DNA of 64,000 nucleotides from an uncultured Thermoplasmatales archaeon (GCA_964541025.1 CAZIOW010000001.1:1242-65241), one strand, 5' to 3'. Counted from the first letter of the stretch, positions 1 through 9,515 are shown. Notes: generated by a model not told the origin, from the sequence alone. Numbers and translations: made by a program.

Positions 1-14
1 CCAATCTTGCGCTT

Positions 15-863
15 TTGGGGAGGGATAATGGTAGGTGGTTTATGTATTCAAACGGATTTATGAAAGCTGAAATGGATTCGATAGGAGAAAAACCAAAGGA
101 AAATGAACAAGAGATATCTAGAAATAATGGAGATTACAGAGGAATGATCGAATATTATCCACCAGCACAGCTTGATGATGTCCTTAGTAAAATATCTTCA
201 TTCGCTGGAACATTGATACAGCACGAGGTGATACTCAAACAGGAAGGATTCATAATATTCATTGAAGCGATTGGCAAATCACTTCCCACTGTACTTGGTT
301 TAATAGATGGATTGAAAGAAAGTTATAGCATAAATGTGAATGTTAAAGCAGAAACCGGTTATAATAAAATCCCCCAGTGTATTGAATTTTTAAAGGAAAA
401 TGGGGATTACAATGACCTAGAATTAATTAAAACTGTCTGGAAAATGAGACGTGTTGAGTTAAGGAATGATGTCGCCGGAGTCTTTCAAAATAGAGGAATA
501 TTTAGACCCAAATATTTCGATAGTGTTTCGGCAAATCTAATAGGAAATATCATTGGAGAAAAGATAAAAGGGAATTCTGATTATAAAATATATGACGACA
601 ATAACAATGAGAAAAAGGTAGAATTTGAAGTATCCTCTTATTGGTTTGGAGATTTCTTCAGAAATGTGATAAAAACGTATATGGGCTCATTTTATTACTG
701 GTCATTTAGCGATGGAAAAGGAAAGCTAGAAAATTATTTTATAATAAATGGAAAGATGAAAAATGAATTCCTATCAGGATTACTTTCTCACTGGAAAGAA
801 CCAAGGAGAATGAAACATCATAATTCTATAGAATACATAAAAAAATTGAATAAAATTTTATAA
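15..863 (+). CDS. hypothetical protein, no recognisable domain (possibly 5'-truncated by window edge)
   Basis: 282-codon ORF. TTG at 15, in-frame ATG at codons 10, 16 and 20. The frame has no stop back to nt 3, so the start may lie outside the window. No motif I can name. Confidence 0.5.
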   Translation: MGRDNGRWFMYSNGFMKAEMDSIGEKPKENEQEISRNNGDYRGMIEYYPPAQLDDVLSKISSFAGTLIQHEVILKQEGFIIFIEAIGKSLPTVLGLIDGLKESYSINVNVKAETGYNKIPQCIEFLKENGDYNDLELIKTVWKMRRVELRNDVAGVFQNRGIFRPKYFDSVSANLIGNIIGEKIKGNSDYKIYDDNNNEKKVEFEVSSYWFGDFFRNVIKTYMGSFYYWSFSDGKGKLENYFIINGKMKNEFLSGLLSHWKEPRRMKHHNSIEYIKKLNKIL

Positions 864-866
864 TGC

Positions 867-1148
867 TCAGAAGAAGCCTTTTTTCTTTGTGTAGAAGTTA
901 TTTGCTTCGAATGCATTTATCTCCCAGGTTGGTCCCAGAGACCCTGCCACTTGCATCAGATGATCAAGTGAATCAACGTTCCAAACACAGACTGCGTGGT
1001 TCTTCCCCTTGGCAAGATCTATTGACTGTAGCTCCAGTCCCTGAGGAAGTTTTTTCGCTTTCGCCATATCAGTTACTTTTTTTGCAAAGTCCATAACCTG
1101 GTTAGCCTGATCATCCTTCCAAGTATGAATTACTACTACTGTTGTCAT
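867..1148 (-). CDS. small hypothetical protein (93 aa)
   Basis: ATG-started ORF, co-directional and closely spaced with the DUF1641 and SQR-like genes. Its stop lies 3 nt from the stop of the convergent 15..863 ORF. The + strand ORF 863..1096 is its antisense shadow. Confidence 0.55.
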   Translation of the reverse strand: MTTVVVIHTWKDDQANQVMDFAKKVTDMAKAKKLPQGLELQSIDLAKGKNHAVCVWNVDSLDHLMQVAGSLGPTWEINAFEANNFYTKKKGFF

Positions 1149-1205
1149 AGGTAAATATCAATAATAGATATAAAAACTTTAATAAAAAAAATTTTTAATA
1201 TAAAT

Positions 1206-1694
1206 TTATTTTTGCGTTTTCTTGCTGTTTTCCATCATGCAACCTGATAATTCCTTCGCCATCGAAAGCAGGGCACTCATCTCAGGACTCCTAACAGTAT
1301 TCATTAGTTCCATAAGTCCCATCTTCTTCTTTCTTCTTGATGAAACGCTCATGACTTCCTCTGCTTTTGGGGCGCAAGATGCAACAGCTTCTAGCAAAGG
1401 AACCAATTTATCTATCTCCACTTTATCAAGCAATGATAGTAGTTTCTCGATATCTCCTTTCTTCATCATCTTGGTTAGTGGTTCCAGAACTCTGATTGCC
1501 ATTGTTATCATATCGAATATTTCCATCTTGGTGGCATAATTGAAAATATTATCGAATTCCTCGGCAAATCCATCCAGCATTCCTATAATGCCACTTTCCT
1601 GAAGTTTTTCTACTGTATTCAGGGTCGGCTCAAGTGCATCGAGTTTACTCTCTATTTTGTTCAACTTTTCGTAGACTTCATCTAGAGTTGCCAT
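1206..1694 (-). CDS. DUF1641-like protein
   Basis: 162-aa helical protein lying 2 nt downstream of the FAD oxidoreductase. The C-terminal GLMELMNTVRSPEMSALLSMAKEL segment resembles the DUF1641 family, which typically accompanies SQR-type flavoproteins. Confidence 0.7.
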   Translation of the reverse strand: MATLDEVYEKLNKIESKLDALEPTLNTVEKLQESGIIGMLDGFAEEFDNIFNYATKMEIFDMITMAIRVLEPLTKMMKKGDIEKLLSLLDKVEIDKLVPLLEAVASCAPKAEEVMSVSSRRKKKMGLMELMNTVRSPEMSALLSMAKELSGCMMENSKKTQK

Positions 1695-1696
1695 AT

Positions 1697-2872
1697 TTAC
1701 ACCCTCCCTCTCAGTATGGTAGCATAATAATACTTCTCATAGACAGAATGGAGCATTTTGTAAATTCTTCCTCTTCCCATCACACTGCAATCATTGAAAG
1801 CATAGTTTGGATCCTTGAGTTTTTTACCGAAATCACAGTAAGCTACCCAACCGTATGATCCTCCCTCCATAGCGCACATTGCTACCGGATTGAATGGAAG
1901 TGTTAAATAACTTCCTATGACATCATCAGCAATGAATGTCGCAACTGTATCTGCTTCAAAGTGCGTGAATGCTCCTGCCATACCCATTCCAAGTGTTGGA
2001 GAAATTACATCACCAATAGAATAGATATCATCATATTTAGAGTTCCTGAAATTCTTGTAGTTAGCATCAGCCCATCCCACCTTTGATTTGAGGTCATCAT
2101 TGCTTGTTACAAAATCTGGTGCAGTTTGAATTGGGGAAACTATTGCCAGATCATATTTTATACTTTCATTGTTCTGGCCTACAAGTTCATGTTTCACGGG
2201 ATCTGCATATACCGGCAAAAATTTGTAGTGGCCATTTATCTTCATATCATTCATCCAATTCCCTAGCGGATCTGCAATATTCGGTCCGAACATCTCAAAC
2301 TGTCTGCCCATTGGATGTGCAACTGTTATATCAACATCATTCCTTATACCCTTATTTGTGAAGTATTCGTGAAGAAGCATTGACATTTCCCACGGAACCG
2401 GGGGACATTTGTAAATTGGACTTGCAACTGAAATAACTATCTTCCCTTTCTTGAATTTGGAAAGTGCTGATCTTAATCTCAACGAAGATTGCATATCCCA
2501 GAAGTGATATGTATCCTCATGTCCCTTGAACTTGGAATCATTTAGCTGAACACCCGGGGAAAGCACAAGAATATCATATTTATATTGCCCGTTATTCGTA
2601 TAAACAGTTCTGTTAGCTGCATCAACCTTTGTAACCTCGGCCTTGATCGGTTTTACATTCTCTCTTGCCATAGGTGTAAAATCTTTGGAGACCTGTTCTT
2701 CAGTTCTGTTTCCTAAAGCTACATAGGTAAATGAAGGCTGAAATTCAACTTTTCCAAGTTTATCCAAAACAGTAATGTTTACCTGATCTTTCGGTAACAT
2801 TCTGGCAAGGCGCCCGGCCATGAGCCCCCCGCCGGCGTTTCCTCCAACTATAACTATATTCTTAGAGGTCAT
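1697..2872 (-). CDS. FAD-dependent pyridine nucleotide-disulfide oxidoreductase, sulfide:quinone oxidoreductase-like
   Basis: N-terminal Rossmann motif NIVIVGGNAGG. KCPPVPWE and AMCAMEGG cysteine motifs, as in SQR. DUF1641 partner downstream. The track start at 2887 is TTG. I prefer ATG 2872 (MTSKNIVIVGG); ATG 2881 is also possible. Confidence 0.8.
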   Translation of the reverse strand: MTSKNIVIVGGNAGGGLMAGRLARMLPKDQVNITVLDKLGKVEFQPSFTYVALGNRTEEQVSKDFTPMARENVKPIKAEVTKVDAANRTVYTNNGQYKYDILVLSPGVQLNDSKFKGHEDTYHFWDMQSSLRLRSALSKFKKGKIVISVASPIYKCPPVPWEMSMLLHEYFTNKGIRNDVDITVAHPMGRQFEMFGPNIADPLGNWMNDMKINGHYKFLPVYADPVKHELVGQNNESIKYDLAIVSPIQTAPDFVTSNDDLKSKVGWADANYKNFRNSKYDDIYSIGDVISPTLGMGMAGAFTHFEADTVATFIADDVIGSYLTLPFNPVAMCAMEGGSYGWVAYCDFGKKLKDPNYAFNDCSVMGRGRIYKMLHSVYEKYYYATILRGRV

Positions 2873-2993
2873 ATATCTCATTCTCAAATTTCAAATAAAT
2901 ATTAATAGATTCACAACTATAAGATATGCTAAATTTTTTTTACTCATGATAAAAGATAGAATATAGTTATGAGCAGAATTTCACTTCCTATCT

Positions 2994-3740
2994 ATGGAGA
3001 AAATACTTGACAACAGAATAGTGGTTATAACAGGAGGGTCAAGCGGTATAGGATTAGCCACGGTGAAGAAGATCAAGGAAAACGGTGGAATTCCAATTAT
3101 ATTAGATTTGGAAAGTCCAAAGTCTCCAGAAGATAATAAATTTGAATTCATCGAGACAGATGTTTCAAATGAGGATGGAGTTAAGAATGCCTTCCGAAAA
3201 ATAGAGGAAAAATTTGGTTTCACTTACGGATTGGTTAATAATGCTGCTATTTCCCCAAAACCGTCTACGTCGGAAAATATATACGATGAAATACTCAGGA
3301 AAACTTTTTCAGTAAATGTATTTGGAGCATTTTATTGCAACAAGTATGCAATTACGCATATGCTAAAACTTGGCAAGGGATCTGTGGTAAACATATCATC
3401 TGTGATCGGGAAAGTAGGTTCCAAAAACACCTCCATCTATGCAGCCAGTAAATCTGCACTAATCGGAATGACAAAATCTGACGCAATAACATATTCATTA
3501 AAAAACATAAGATTTAATGTTATACTTCCAGGCTATGTCAATACCCCGCTCATTGAGAATAATGCAAAAAATTCTGGAAATATCGAATCATATTATGAGA
3601 ATCTAAAATCTCTTCATCCAATGGGAAGAATAGCCACGCCAGATGAAATAGCGGAGACGATAGTTTTTCTTTTATCGGATAGGTCATCCTTCATTACAGG
3701 GAGTGAAATAATTATTGATGGAGGATATACATCCATTTAA
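2994..3740 (+). CDS. short-chain dehydrogenase/reductase (SDR) family oxidoreductase
   Basis: TGGSSGIG cofactor motif, NNAA, and the catalytic YAASK (YxxxK). Length 248 aa. Confidence 0.9.
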   Translation: MEKILDNRIVVITGGSSGIGLATVKKIKENGGIPIILDLESPKSPEDNKFEFIETDVSNEDGVKNAFRKIEEKFGFTYGLVNNAAISPKPSTSENIYDEILRKTFSVNVFGAFYCNKYAITHMLKLGKGSVVNISSVIGKVGSKNTSIYAASKSALIGMTKSDAITYSLKNIRFNVILPGYVNTPLIENNAKNSGNIESYYENLKSLHPMGRIATPDEIAETIVFLLSDRSSFITGSEIIIDGGYTSI

Positions 3741-3853
3741 AGAAAGATATGAATTAAAGGATGGGCATAGTAAATATAGTGTGGTTATAGTACATACTTG
3801 AAAGTTAAAAAAGGACACGTAAAATAGATATTGTAATTTAATATCTAAAGAAG

Positions 3854-4603
3854 ATGCGGGACTTGAATATTCTCATTGAGCAGCGCAACTCAATAAAAGG
3901 ACCCGATATTAATAAAAAAACCATAGAGGCAGTCCTGACAAAGGAATTTGATATAGCTGTGTTTCCCGAGCTATTTTATTCCGGTTATGTTTGGCGTGAT
4001 TATATAAGATTACTTGATATTAGTCAAGAATTCATTGACAGCATAAAGGACGATTTAGGAAAAAGAATGCTTATTTTTGGAGCGCCTAAATACGAGGGAT
4101 TCCTCAGAAATTCTGCAGTAATAATACATGAAAAAAGTGTCTCTTACTATCATAAGATGCACCTCCCGACTTTTGGTCCATTTGAAGAGGAAAGGTTCTT
4201 TAAAAAAGGTGCAAATCCACTGGTGATTAATTTTAAAAATTTAAAGGTGAACGTAGAGATATGTTATGACCTATTTTTTGATGATCCAATTGTTCCAGGT
4301 TCTGATTTAATCATAAATATTTCTGCATCCCCATTCACCTCAAGACCACATTTTGAAAAAGTTTTTCCTTCTGTTGCGATAAAAAACCAGGCCTATTTAG
4401 TATATGTGAATACGGCAGGATTGCAGAGAAATCTCGTTTTCTGGGGCGGAAGCAGGATAATTGACCCAGATGGAATGGAAGTAAAAAAACTGAGCTATAT
4501 TAAGGAAGAAAGTTCTGCTATCACAATTGATGTAGAAAAAATAGGAACTGCTCGTTTGAAGAGACCAATACTTAAAGAGGTACAAGATGAACCTGAAAGA
4601 TAG
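3854..4603 (+). CDS. carbon-nitrogen hydrolase (nitrilase superfamily), resembles the glutaminase domain of Gln-dependent NAD+ synthetase
   Basis: E-K-C triad candidates: FPELF, HKMHLPTFGPFEEERFF (compare K-x-HLPNY-x-F-x-E-x-R-x-F of the NadE glutaminase domain) and EICYD. Confidence 0.8.
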   Translation: MRDLNILIEQRNSIKGPDINKKTIEAVLTKEFDIAVFPELFYSGYVWRDYIRLLDISQEFIDSIKDDLGKRMLIFGAPKYEGFLRNSAVIIHEKSVSYYHKMHLPTFGPFEEERFFKKGANPLVINFKNLKVNVEICYDLFFDDPIVPGSDLIINISASPFTSRPHFEKVFPSVAIKNQAYLVYVNTAGLQRNLVFWGGSRIIDPDGMEVKKLSYIKEESSAITIDVEKIGTARLKRPILKEVQDEPER

Positions 4604-6140
4604 AATATTCCTTGCTAAAATACTGAATACTGAACTGAAATACCAGTACCTCAAGAATACTCCAAGATTCCAGAAGAATGATAAATTCTCAATGGAGATA
4701 GCAAGGAAATTCCTCATCAACAACGTGAGATCATCTATCTTTATTAACACATTTTTCTATGGAATCATTTCAATGATGTTCGGGCTTGCGATGATCAGGG
4801 AGAGAAGCCTTATTTCAACTGGAAGTTTCACATTGTTCATCCTTCTTCTAATACTATCTGTGATGAATGATTCTCAATTTTATCGTGGCCTCTGGGACAT
4901 GAAATTACTCTCTCCATTAACCTCTCTTCCAATAAAGGTGGAAAGGACTGTTGTCCCGCTTGCCCTGTTTATGTATAATGAGAGTTATCTTCCATTTGTG
5001 ACAATTCCCGCAGGAATTATTATCTCATTATTTCTTAAGAATCCTATTCCTATAATACTTTACACACTGTTTTCAGTTCTGTTTCTTTACATTGGAAGAA
5101 CAATTTCCCTTATTCTGGGCGTTTCATTCACCAAGACAAATACCAACAAGAGAAGTAAAAGACTGTATCTTGGACAAATCTTCCAGGTACTTATTTTTGT
5201 TATATTCATTTTTGCCATACAACTTTCAACAGATCCACAGTTCATGGGCGCAATCCATGTCCCGCAGTATGCCTTCCTTTTTATTCCTCTGACATACTCA
5301 AACATTACCACCCTTAACTACTATCCTTATGCATCATTTGGAGTAATGTTCTCTTTAATATATCTCTTATATACATACCTGCAGAAGAAAAATTTCACTG
5401 AGAATATAGATATATATAACGCTATCAAAAGCAGGGAGAGTTACAAGAAGATGAGGACAAGACGCCCAATGATATCGTGGGTCCTGAAGGACTTTAAAAT
5501 AATATTGAGAAGGAGAGGTTCAATAATGATACTGGTCATTCCCATCACTTTCATCATACCGATGGTGATGAGCATAGGCACGGTAAGTGCAGGCACATCC
5601 CAGTATGAATTTTCCTTTCCTTATCTTTCATCAATATTCCTTGTGGATTTTATTCTGCTTATAGGCCTTGAAGGGAAATCTGCATGGCATCTATCTGCAC
5701 TGCCAATATCAAGAAGGGATTTTTTCCTTTCAAAATTGCTTTTGATATCTATTGTTGGAATGTTCTATTATGCAATAATAATTGTAGTTATGGCATTTTA
5801 CAACAGATCGTCGCTTAGTTTCATGGCTATAAATTTCCCATATTTCATGGTAATATTGCTAACAGTTCTGATGGCGGGAGGTGCCTACATAATCTCAGCC
5901 ATACCCAAGGAAGTGTATACACTTTCACAGGAAGGTATTGGGGGGAGGTGGGTTCTGCTGAAGACGTTTGCCATTTCGCTACCGCTAATAATCATAAATG
6001 CAATAATATTCGGATTCTCAGGCCGTTTCTTTGAGAATATTCCCTCAGTACTCAGTGGATACCCTATGACCCTCCTCTTTGATATTGTAGTATCAGCATT
6101 ATTCCTTCGGATATTCCTTAAGAAAGGAGATTACTTTTGA
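4587..6140 (+). CDS. polytopic integral membrane protein, function unknown
   Basis: 517 aa with many hydrophobic segments, arranged as two halves split by a basic loop (about aa 266-311, KKMRTRRP...ILRRRGS). ATG 4587 is preceded by GAGGT. It overlaps the CN-hydrolase gene by 17 nt. Confidence 0.75.
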   Translation: MNLKDRIFLAKILNTELKYQYLKNTPRFQKNDKFSMEIARKFLINNVRSSIFINTFFYGIISMMFGLAMIRERSLISTGSFTLFILLLILSVMNDSQFYRGLWDMKLLSPLTSLPIKVERTVVPLALFMYNESYLPFVTIPAGIIISLFLKNPIPIILYTLFSVLFLYIGRTISLILGVSFTKTNTNKRSKRLYLGQIFQVLIFVIFIFAIQLSTDPQFMGAIHVPQYAFLFIPLTYSNITTLNYYPYASFGVMFSLIYLLYTYLQKKNFTENIDIYNAIKSRESYKKMRTRRPMISWVLKDFKIILRRRGSIMILVIPITFIIPMVMSIGTVSAGTSQYEFSFPYLSSIFLVDFILLIGLEGKSAWHLSALPISRRDFFLSKLLLISIVGMFYYAIIIVVMAFYNRSSLSFMAINFPYFMVILLTVLMAGGAYIISAIPKEVYTLSQEGIGGRWVLLKTFAISLPLIIINAIIFGFSGRFFENIPSVLSGYPMTLLFDIVVSALFLRIFLKKGDYF

Positions 6141-6174
6141 AATAAATTTAATAACAGAACAGCATATTTGAACA

Positions 6175-7164
6175 ATGAACAATGTTGTCAAGGTAGATCC
6201 TTTGAATCCAGATAGGGATGTAATCGAAAGGGCAGCCAAAATAATTAAAAATGGTGGACTTGTGGCATTTCCAACAGAAACTGTATATGGTCTCGGTGCA
6301 AACGCAAAAAGCGATGAAGCAAGCAGCAGAATTTATATTGCTAAGGGAAGGCCCTCAGACAATCCATTGATTGTTCATATCTCTTCTTTTGAACAGCTTT
6401 ACGATGTATCTAATAAGGTACCTGATATGATTGCAGAAAAACTGCAGACTATCTGGCCAGGGCCATTAACAGTTGTTCTTCCCAAGGGAAATATAGGTAA
6501 TGTTGCAACCGGTGGCTTAGATACGGTAGCGGTGAGGATGCCAGCACATAAGGTTCCTCTGGAATTGATAAGTAAAAGTGGTCTTCCTATTGCTGCTCCG
6601 AGTGCAAATAAATCAGGGAAACCAAGTCCTGTATTCGCTTCAGAAGTAAAAGAGGATCTTGATGATAGAGTTGAAATGATAATTGATGGAGGTCCAGCTT
6701 TCTTTGGGGTGGAATCAACGGTAATTATGTTGAAAGGAGATGAGATCATAATATTGAGACCAGGGGCATTTTCATCAGAAGATATCGGAAAAATTTTTGG
6801 AATGAAGGTTATAGTATCATCTAACCTTGAAGGAGCTCCAAGGGCACCTGGTATGAAGTATAGACATTATGCCCCATCCAAGAAAATGTTTCTGGCTGAT
6901 TCCTCTGAATCCATAAAGGAGAAATGCGTGGAAGGAGGAAACTTTGTAGTACTATGTAGTTATGAATTATCAAAGGAGATAAACTGTCCTACAATAGTGC
7001 TGGGTTCCCATGGTGATCTTTACGAAGTAGCTCGCAACCTGTTTCCATCATTCAGGAAACTTGACAGGAGTGCATATGAATATGGAATAATAGAACCATT
7101 TGAAGAGAAAGGAATCGGACTAGCTATAATGAACAGAATAAAAAAAGCCGCCGAGGGAAAATAG
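6175..7164 (+). CDS. sua5: L-threonylcarbamoyladenylate synthase (Sua5/YwlC type, with C-terminal Sua5 domain)
   Basis: PTETVYGLGANA, KGRPSDNPLIVHI and SAPSAN motifs. At 329 aa it is the long Sua5 form. Confidence 0.9.
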   Translation: MNNVVKVDPLNPDRDVIERAAKIIKNGGLVAFPTETVYGLGANAKSDEASSRIYIAKGRPSDNPLIVHISSFEQLYDVSNKVPDMIAEKLQTIWPGPLTVVLPKGNIGNVATGGLDTVAVRMPAHKVPLELISKSGLPIAAPSANKSGKPSPVFASEVKEDLDDRVEMIIDGGPAFFGVESTVIMLKGDEIIILRPGAFSSEDIGKIFGMKVIVSSNLEGAPRAPGMKYRHYAPSKKMFLADSSESIKEKCVEGGNFVVLCSYELSKEINCPTIVLGSHGDLYEVARNLFPSFRKLDRSAYEYGIIEPFEEKGIGLAIMNRIKKAAEGK

Positions 7165-7167
7165 AAA

Positions 7168-7740
7168 TTATGAATTTATTATGTCCATATCCTCCGCGTC
7201 AAATTTACCGTCAAGGAATCCTTTCTTCTTGAGCTGTGAGATTATAGTATTCACACTCTCCTCTATTGAGAGTTTATCTGTGTCGATAACTATATCAGGA
7301 TTCAACGGTTCTTCATATGTGTCCTGAAGTCCCGTCAGATTTTTTATTTCACCCGCAAGTGCCTTTTTGTAAAGACCTTTAGTATCTCTTTTAATCAGGA
7401 CATCGAGTGGGCATCTCACGTATATTTCTACGAAATTATCTATCTCTTCCCTCGCCTTTTCTCTAATCTCTCTGTAAGGAGAAATCAGTGGGACAAGTGT
7501 AATTACCCCATTTCTTGAAAGTAATTTTGCTACATACATCACTCTCTCATTGTGCTTCTCCCTATCTTCCTTGGAGAATCCGAGGTCCCTTGATAGCCCT
7601 TTTCTTATCTCGTCCCCATCAAGAATTTCAACATTATACCCCTTTTTCTTCATGAGTTCATTAAGATGAGTTGCCAGTGTAGTTTTTCCTGAACCTGAAA
7701 GGCCTGTAAACCAGAGAACAAATCCCCTATCATTTGACAT
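7168..7740 (-). CDS. cysC: adenylylsulfate (APS) kinase
   Basis: P-loop GLSGSGKTT, LDGDEIRKGLSRDLGFSKEDR, and LTGLQDTYEEP. It overlaps the upstream gene by 11 nt. Confidence 0.88.
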   Translation of the reverse strand: MSNDRGFVLWFTGLSGSGKTTLATHLNELMKKKGYNVEILDGDEIRKGLSRDLGFSKEDREKHNERVMYVAKLLSRNGVITLVPLISPYREIREKAREEIDNFVEIYVRCPLDVLIKRDTKGLYKKALAGEIKNLTGLQDTYEEPLNPDIVIDTDKLSIEESVNTIISQLKKKGFLDGKFDAEDMDIINS

Positions 7741-9118
7741 ACTCTATCCCCTCCATCGGTTCACCTTTGATTCCATATTTTTTCCTGACATTGTAAAGTT
7801 CAAGAATTGTTGGAGCTACCCTGTATATAGTTGAATCAATCTTCTTTCCTATCTTCTTATTCTTTCTGTAAATTATGTATATCCCATTATAATCGTGGAC
7901 GGCATCGTCCGGTCCTGTATCATTCTCCAGAAGGTAATCTGTGTCATATCCAAGAGTTCCAGCGGCTCTCCAATTAAGGTCGTCAAGGTAGACAAAAAGA
8001 TCTGACCTATCTCCATTGACAACTTCGTACTTCTCTTCAGGCTCAAAGACTATGGTTTTCCACTCCTCCCCATTAGGTCCTCTTATATTTTTCAGTTTTT
8101 CCTTTAAAACTGCGATTTCTTCCTTGACCTTTGATGGTTCTATTATTCCCTGGGCTTCTCTCCCTTTGATGTTCAGAAATATTCTTGCATAGTAACCTCC
8201 CCAGGCCCATGCCTTAGTGTTAGACCAGTCTACATCAACCTCATCCAGAGAAGATCCCTGCGCAACTTTTTCATTCTTGAGTTTAAGGTAGCCTTCCTTT
8301 ATAAGCCATTGATTTATTGCAAACGCTCCTTTCATTCCCTTTGCGCCATGGTCTGAAACTATCATCATCACTGTTTCGTCATCCATCATCTCCATTAATT
8401 TCCCTATGTGATGATCAACCATTTCGAAGTATGAAATGAATTTATTCCTCATAACATCGTTTTTCTCATAAAGATGGTGATTCTCATCTATATATCTCCA
8501 GAATGCGTGATGCAATCTGTCAATACCTATTTCCACCATAAAGAAGAAGTCCCAAGGCTTTTCTTGCAAAAGTTTTTCCACTAGCTTAAACCTGGTATCA
8601 CTCATCTGATATATCTCATTGATTATTTTCTCCTTCTCTGGTTTCCTGAATTTCACGTCGAACTGATAATCAGGAAAATCCCGTAGAATTTCATTTTTCA
8701 ATCCTGGAGGATACGTGAATTCCTTATCCTTATCCGGTGTCATGAAATCGGAGATCATGATACCGGGAATCGGTTTAGGAGGGTAAGTTGGAGGAACAGC
8801 AACAACTATGCTTCTGTTGTTTCTTTTACCCAGGATATCCCAAACAGTATCAAATTTTATATCCTTTGAAGATGGGATTTTGATCTGGGTGTATGAATTT
8901 CCCACACGGGACCTGAAACCATAAAGTCCAATTTCCCCTGGCGATCTGCCAGTGGCCATGACCATCCAAGCAGGGATAGTTATGGGTGGATCAGTACTTC
9001 TCAGCATTCCATATATTCCGTCTTCTGTCATCTTAGTTATATTCGGCAGGTGCTCCTTCAATTTATCGAACATCAGAGCTGGCGCTGCACAATCAAGGCC
9101 AACGACCATTACCTTCAT
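7730..9118 (-). CDS. alkaline-phosphatase superfamily protein, type I phosphodiesterase/nucleotide pyrophosphatase (NPP)-like
   Basis: N-terminal metal-binding Asp (VVGLDCAAP). LRSTDPPITIPAWMVMATGRSPGEIGLYG matches the NPP nucleophile-Thr region. VSDHGAKGM matches the DHG metal motif. Confidence 0.8.
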   Translation of the reverse strand: MKVMVVGLDCAAPALMFDKLKEHLPNITKMTEDGIYGMLRSTDPPITIPAWMVMATGRSPGEIGLYGFRSRVGNSYTQIKIPSSKDIKFDTVWDILGKRNNRSIVVAVPPTYPPKPIPGIMISDFMTPDKDKEFTYPPGLKNEILRDFPDYQFDVKFRKPEKEKIINEIYQMSDTRFKLVEKLLQEKPWDFFFMVEIGIDRLHHAFWRYIDENHHLYEKNDVMRNKFISYFEMVDHHIGKLMEMMDDETVMMIVSDHGAKGMKGAFAINQWLIKEGYLKLKNEKVAQGSSLDEVDVDWSNTKAWAWGGYYARIFLNIKGREAQGIIEPSKVKEEIAVLKEKLKNIRGPNGEEWKTIVFEPEEKYEVVNGDRSDLFVYLDDLNWRAAGTLGYDTDYLLENDTGPDDAVHDYNGIYIIYRKNKKIGKKIDSTIYRVAPTILELYNVRKKYGIKGEPMEGIEYVK

Positions 9119-9127
9119 TTCAATCCC

Positions 9128-9346
9128 TCAGTCAAGATATCCGAGTGACTTCAGTCTTTCCTTTACCTTTTTCTCGTCTTCTTCAGTAAATGCCTCGCTG
9201 TCATTGGAATGCGCGAGAATTTCTCGAAGTACAAATGTAACATAGTCACTCACTGACGTGAAGCCGGTATCCTTGATTTTCTGCTGTATTTTCTCAAAAA
9301 GTGGTGTCGGAATGGACACTGTTGTATATTTCTTATCCTCTGCCAT
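9128..9346 (-). CDS. ribbon-helix-helix (CopG-family) DNA-binding protein
   Basis: 72 aa. The TVSIPTPLFEKIQQKI...SVSDYVTFVLREIL pattern fits strand-helix-helix. It lies 9 nt upstream of the NPP-like gene. Confidence 0.75.
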   Translation of the reverse strand: MAEDKKYTTVSIPTPLFEKIQQKIKDTGFTSVSDYVTFVLREILAHSNDSEAFTEEDEKKVKERLKSLGYLD

Positions 9347-9485
9347 ATTTGTATAATGAAAATAATTACTTATAATTTATTATAATTAAATGTAATTAAG
9401 ATGTATATTCGCTGAAATGTTAATGTAATTAGAGAATAAGAAAATATTTGACTTCCATGAATAATGCGATGACATGGAATAACTA

Positions 9486-9493
9486 TTTATAGA
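9486..9493 (+). promoter_or_regulatory. putative TATA box for alba
   Basis: TTTATAGA lies 23-30 nt upstream of the GTG start at 9516. This fits a leaderless or short-leader archaeal transcript. Confidence 0.35.
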
Positions 9494-9515
9494 AATTGAT
9501 TATCTCACAACGCTG

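Noticed and set aside
863-1096. 77-aa + strand ORF
   Set aside because: It is entirely antisense to the better-supported 867..1148 gene. Its Leu/Ser/Pro-rich composition is typical of a shadow ORF.
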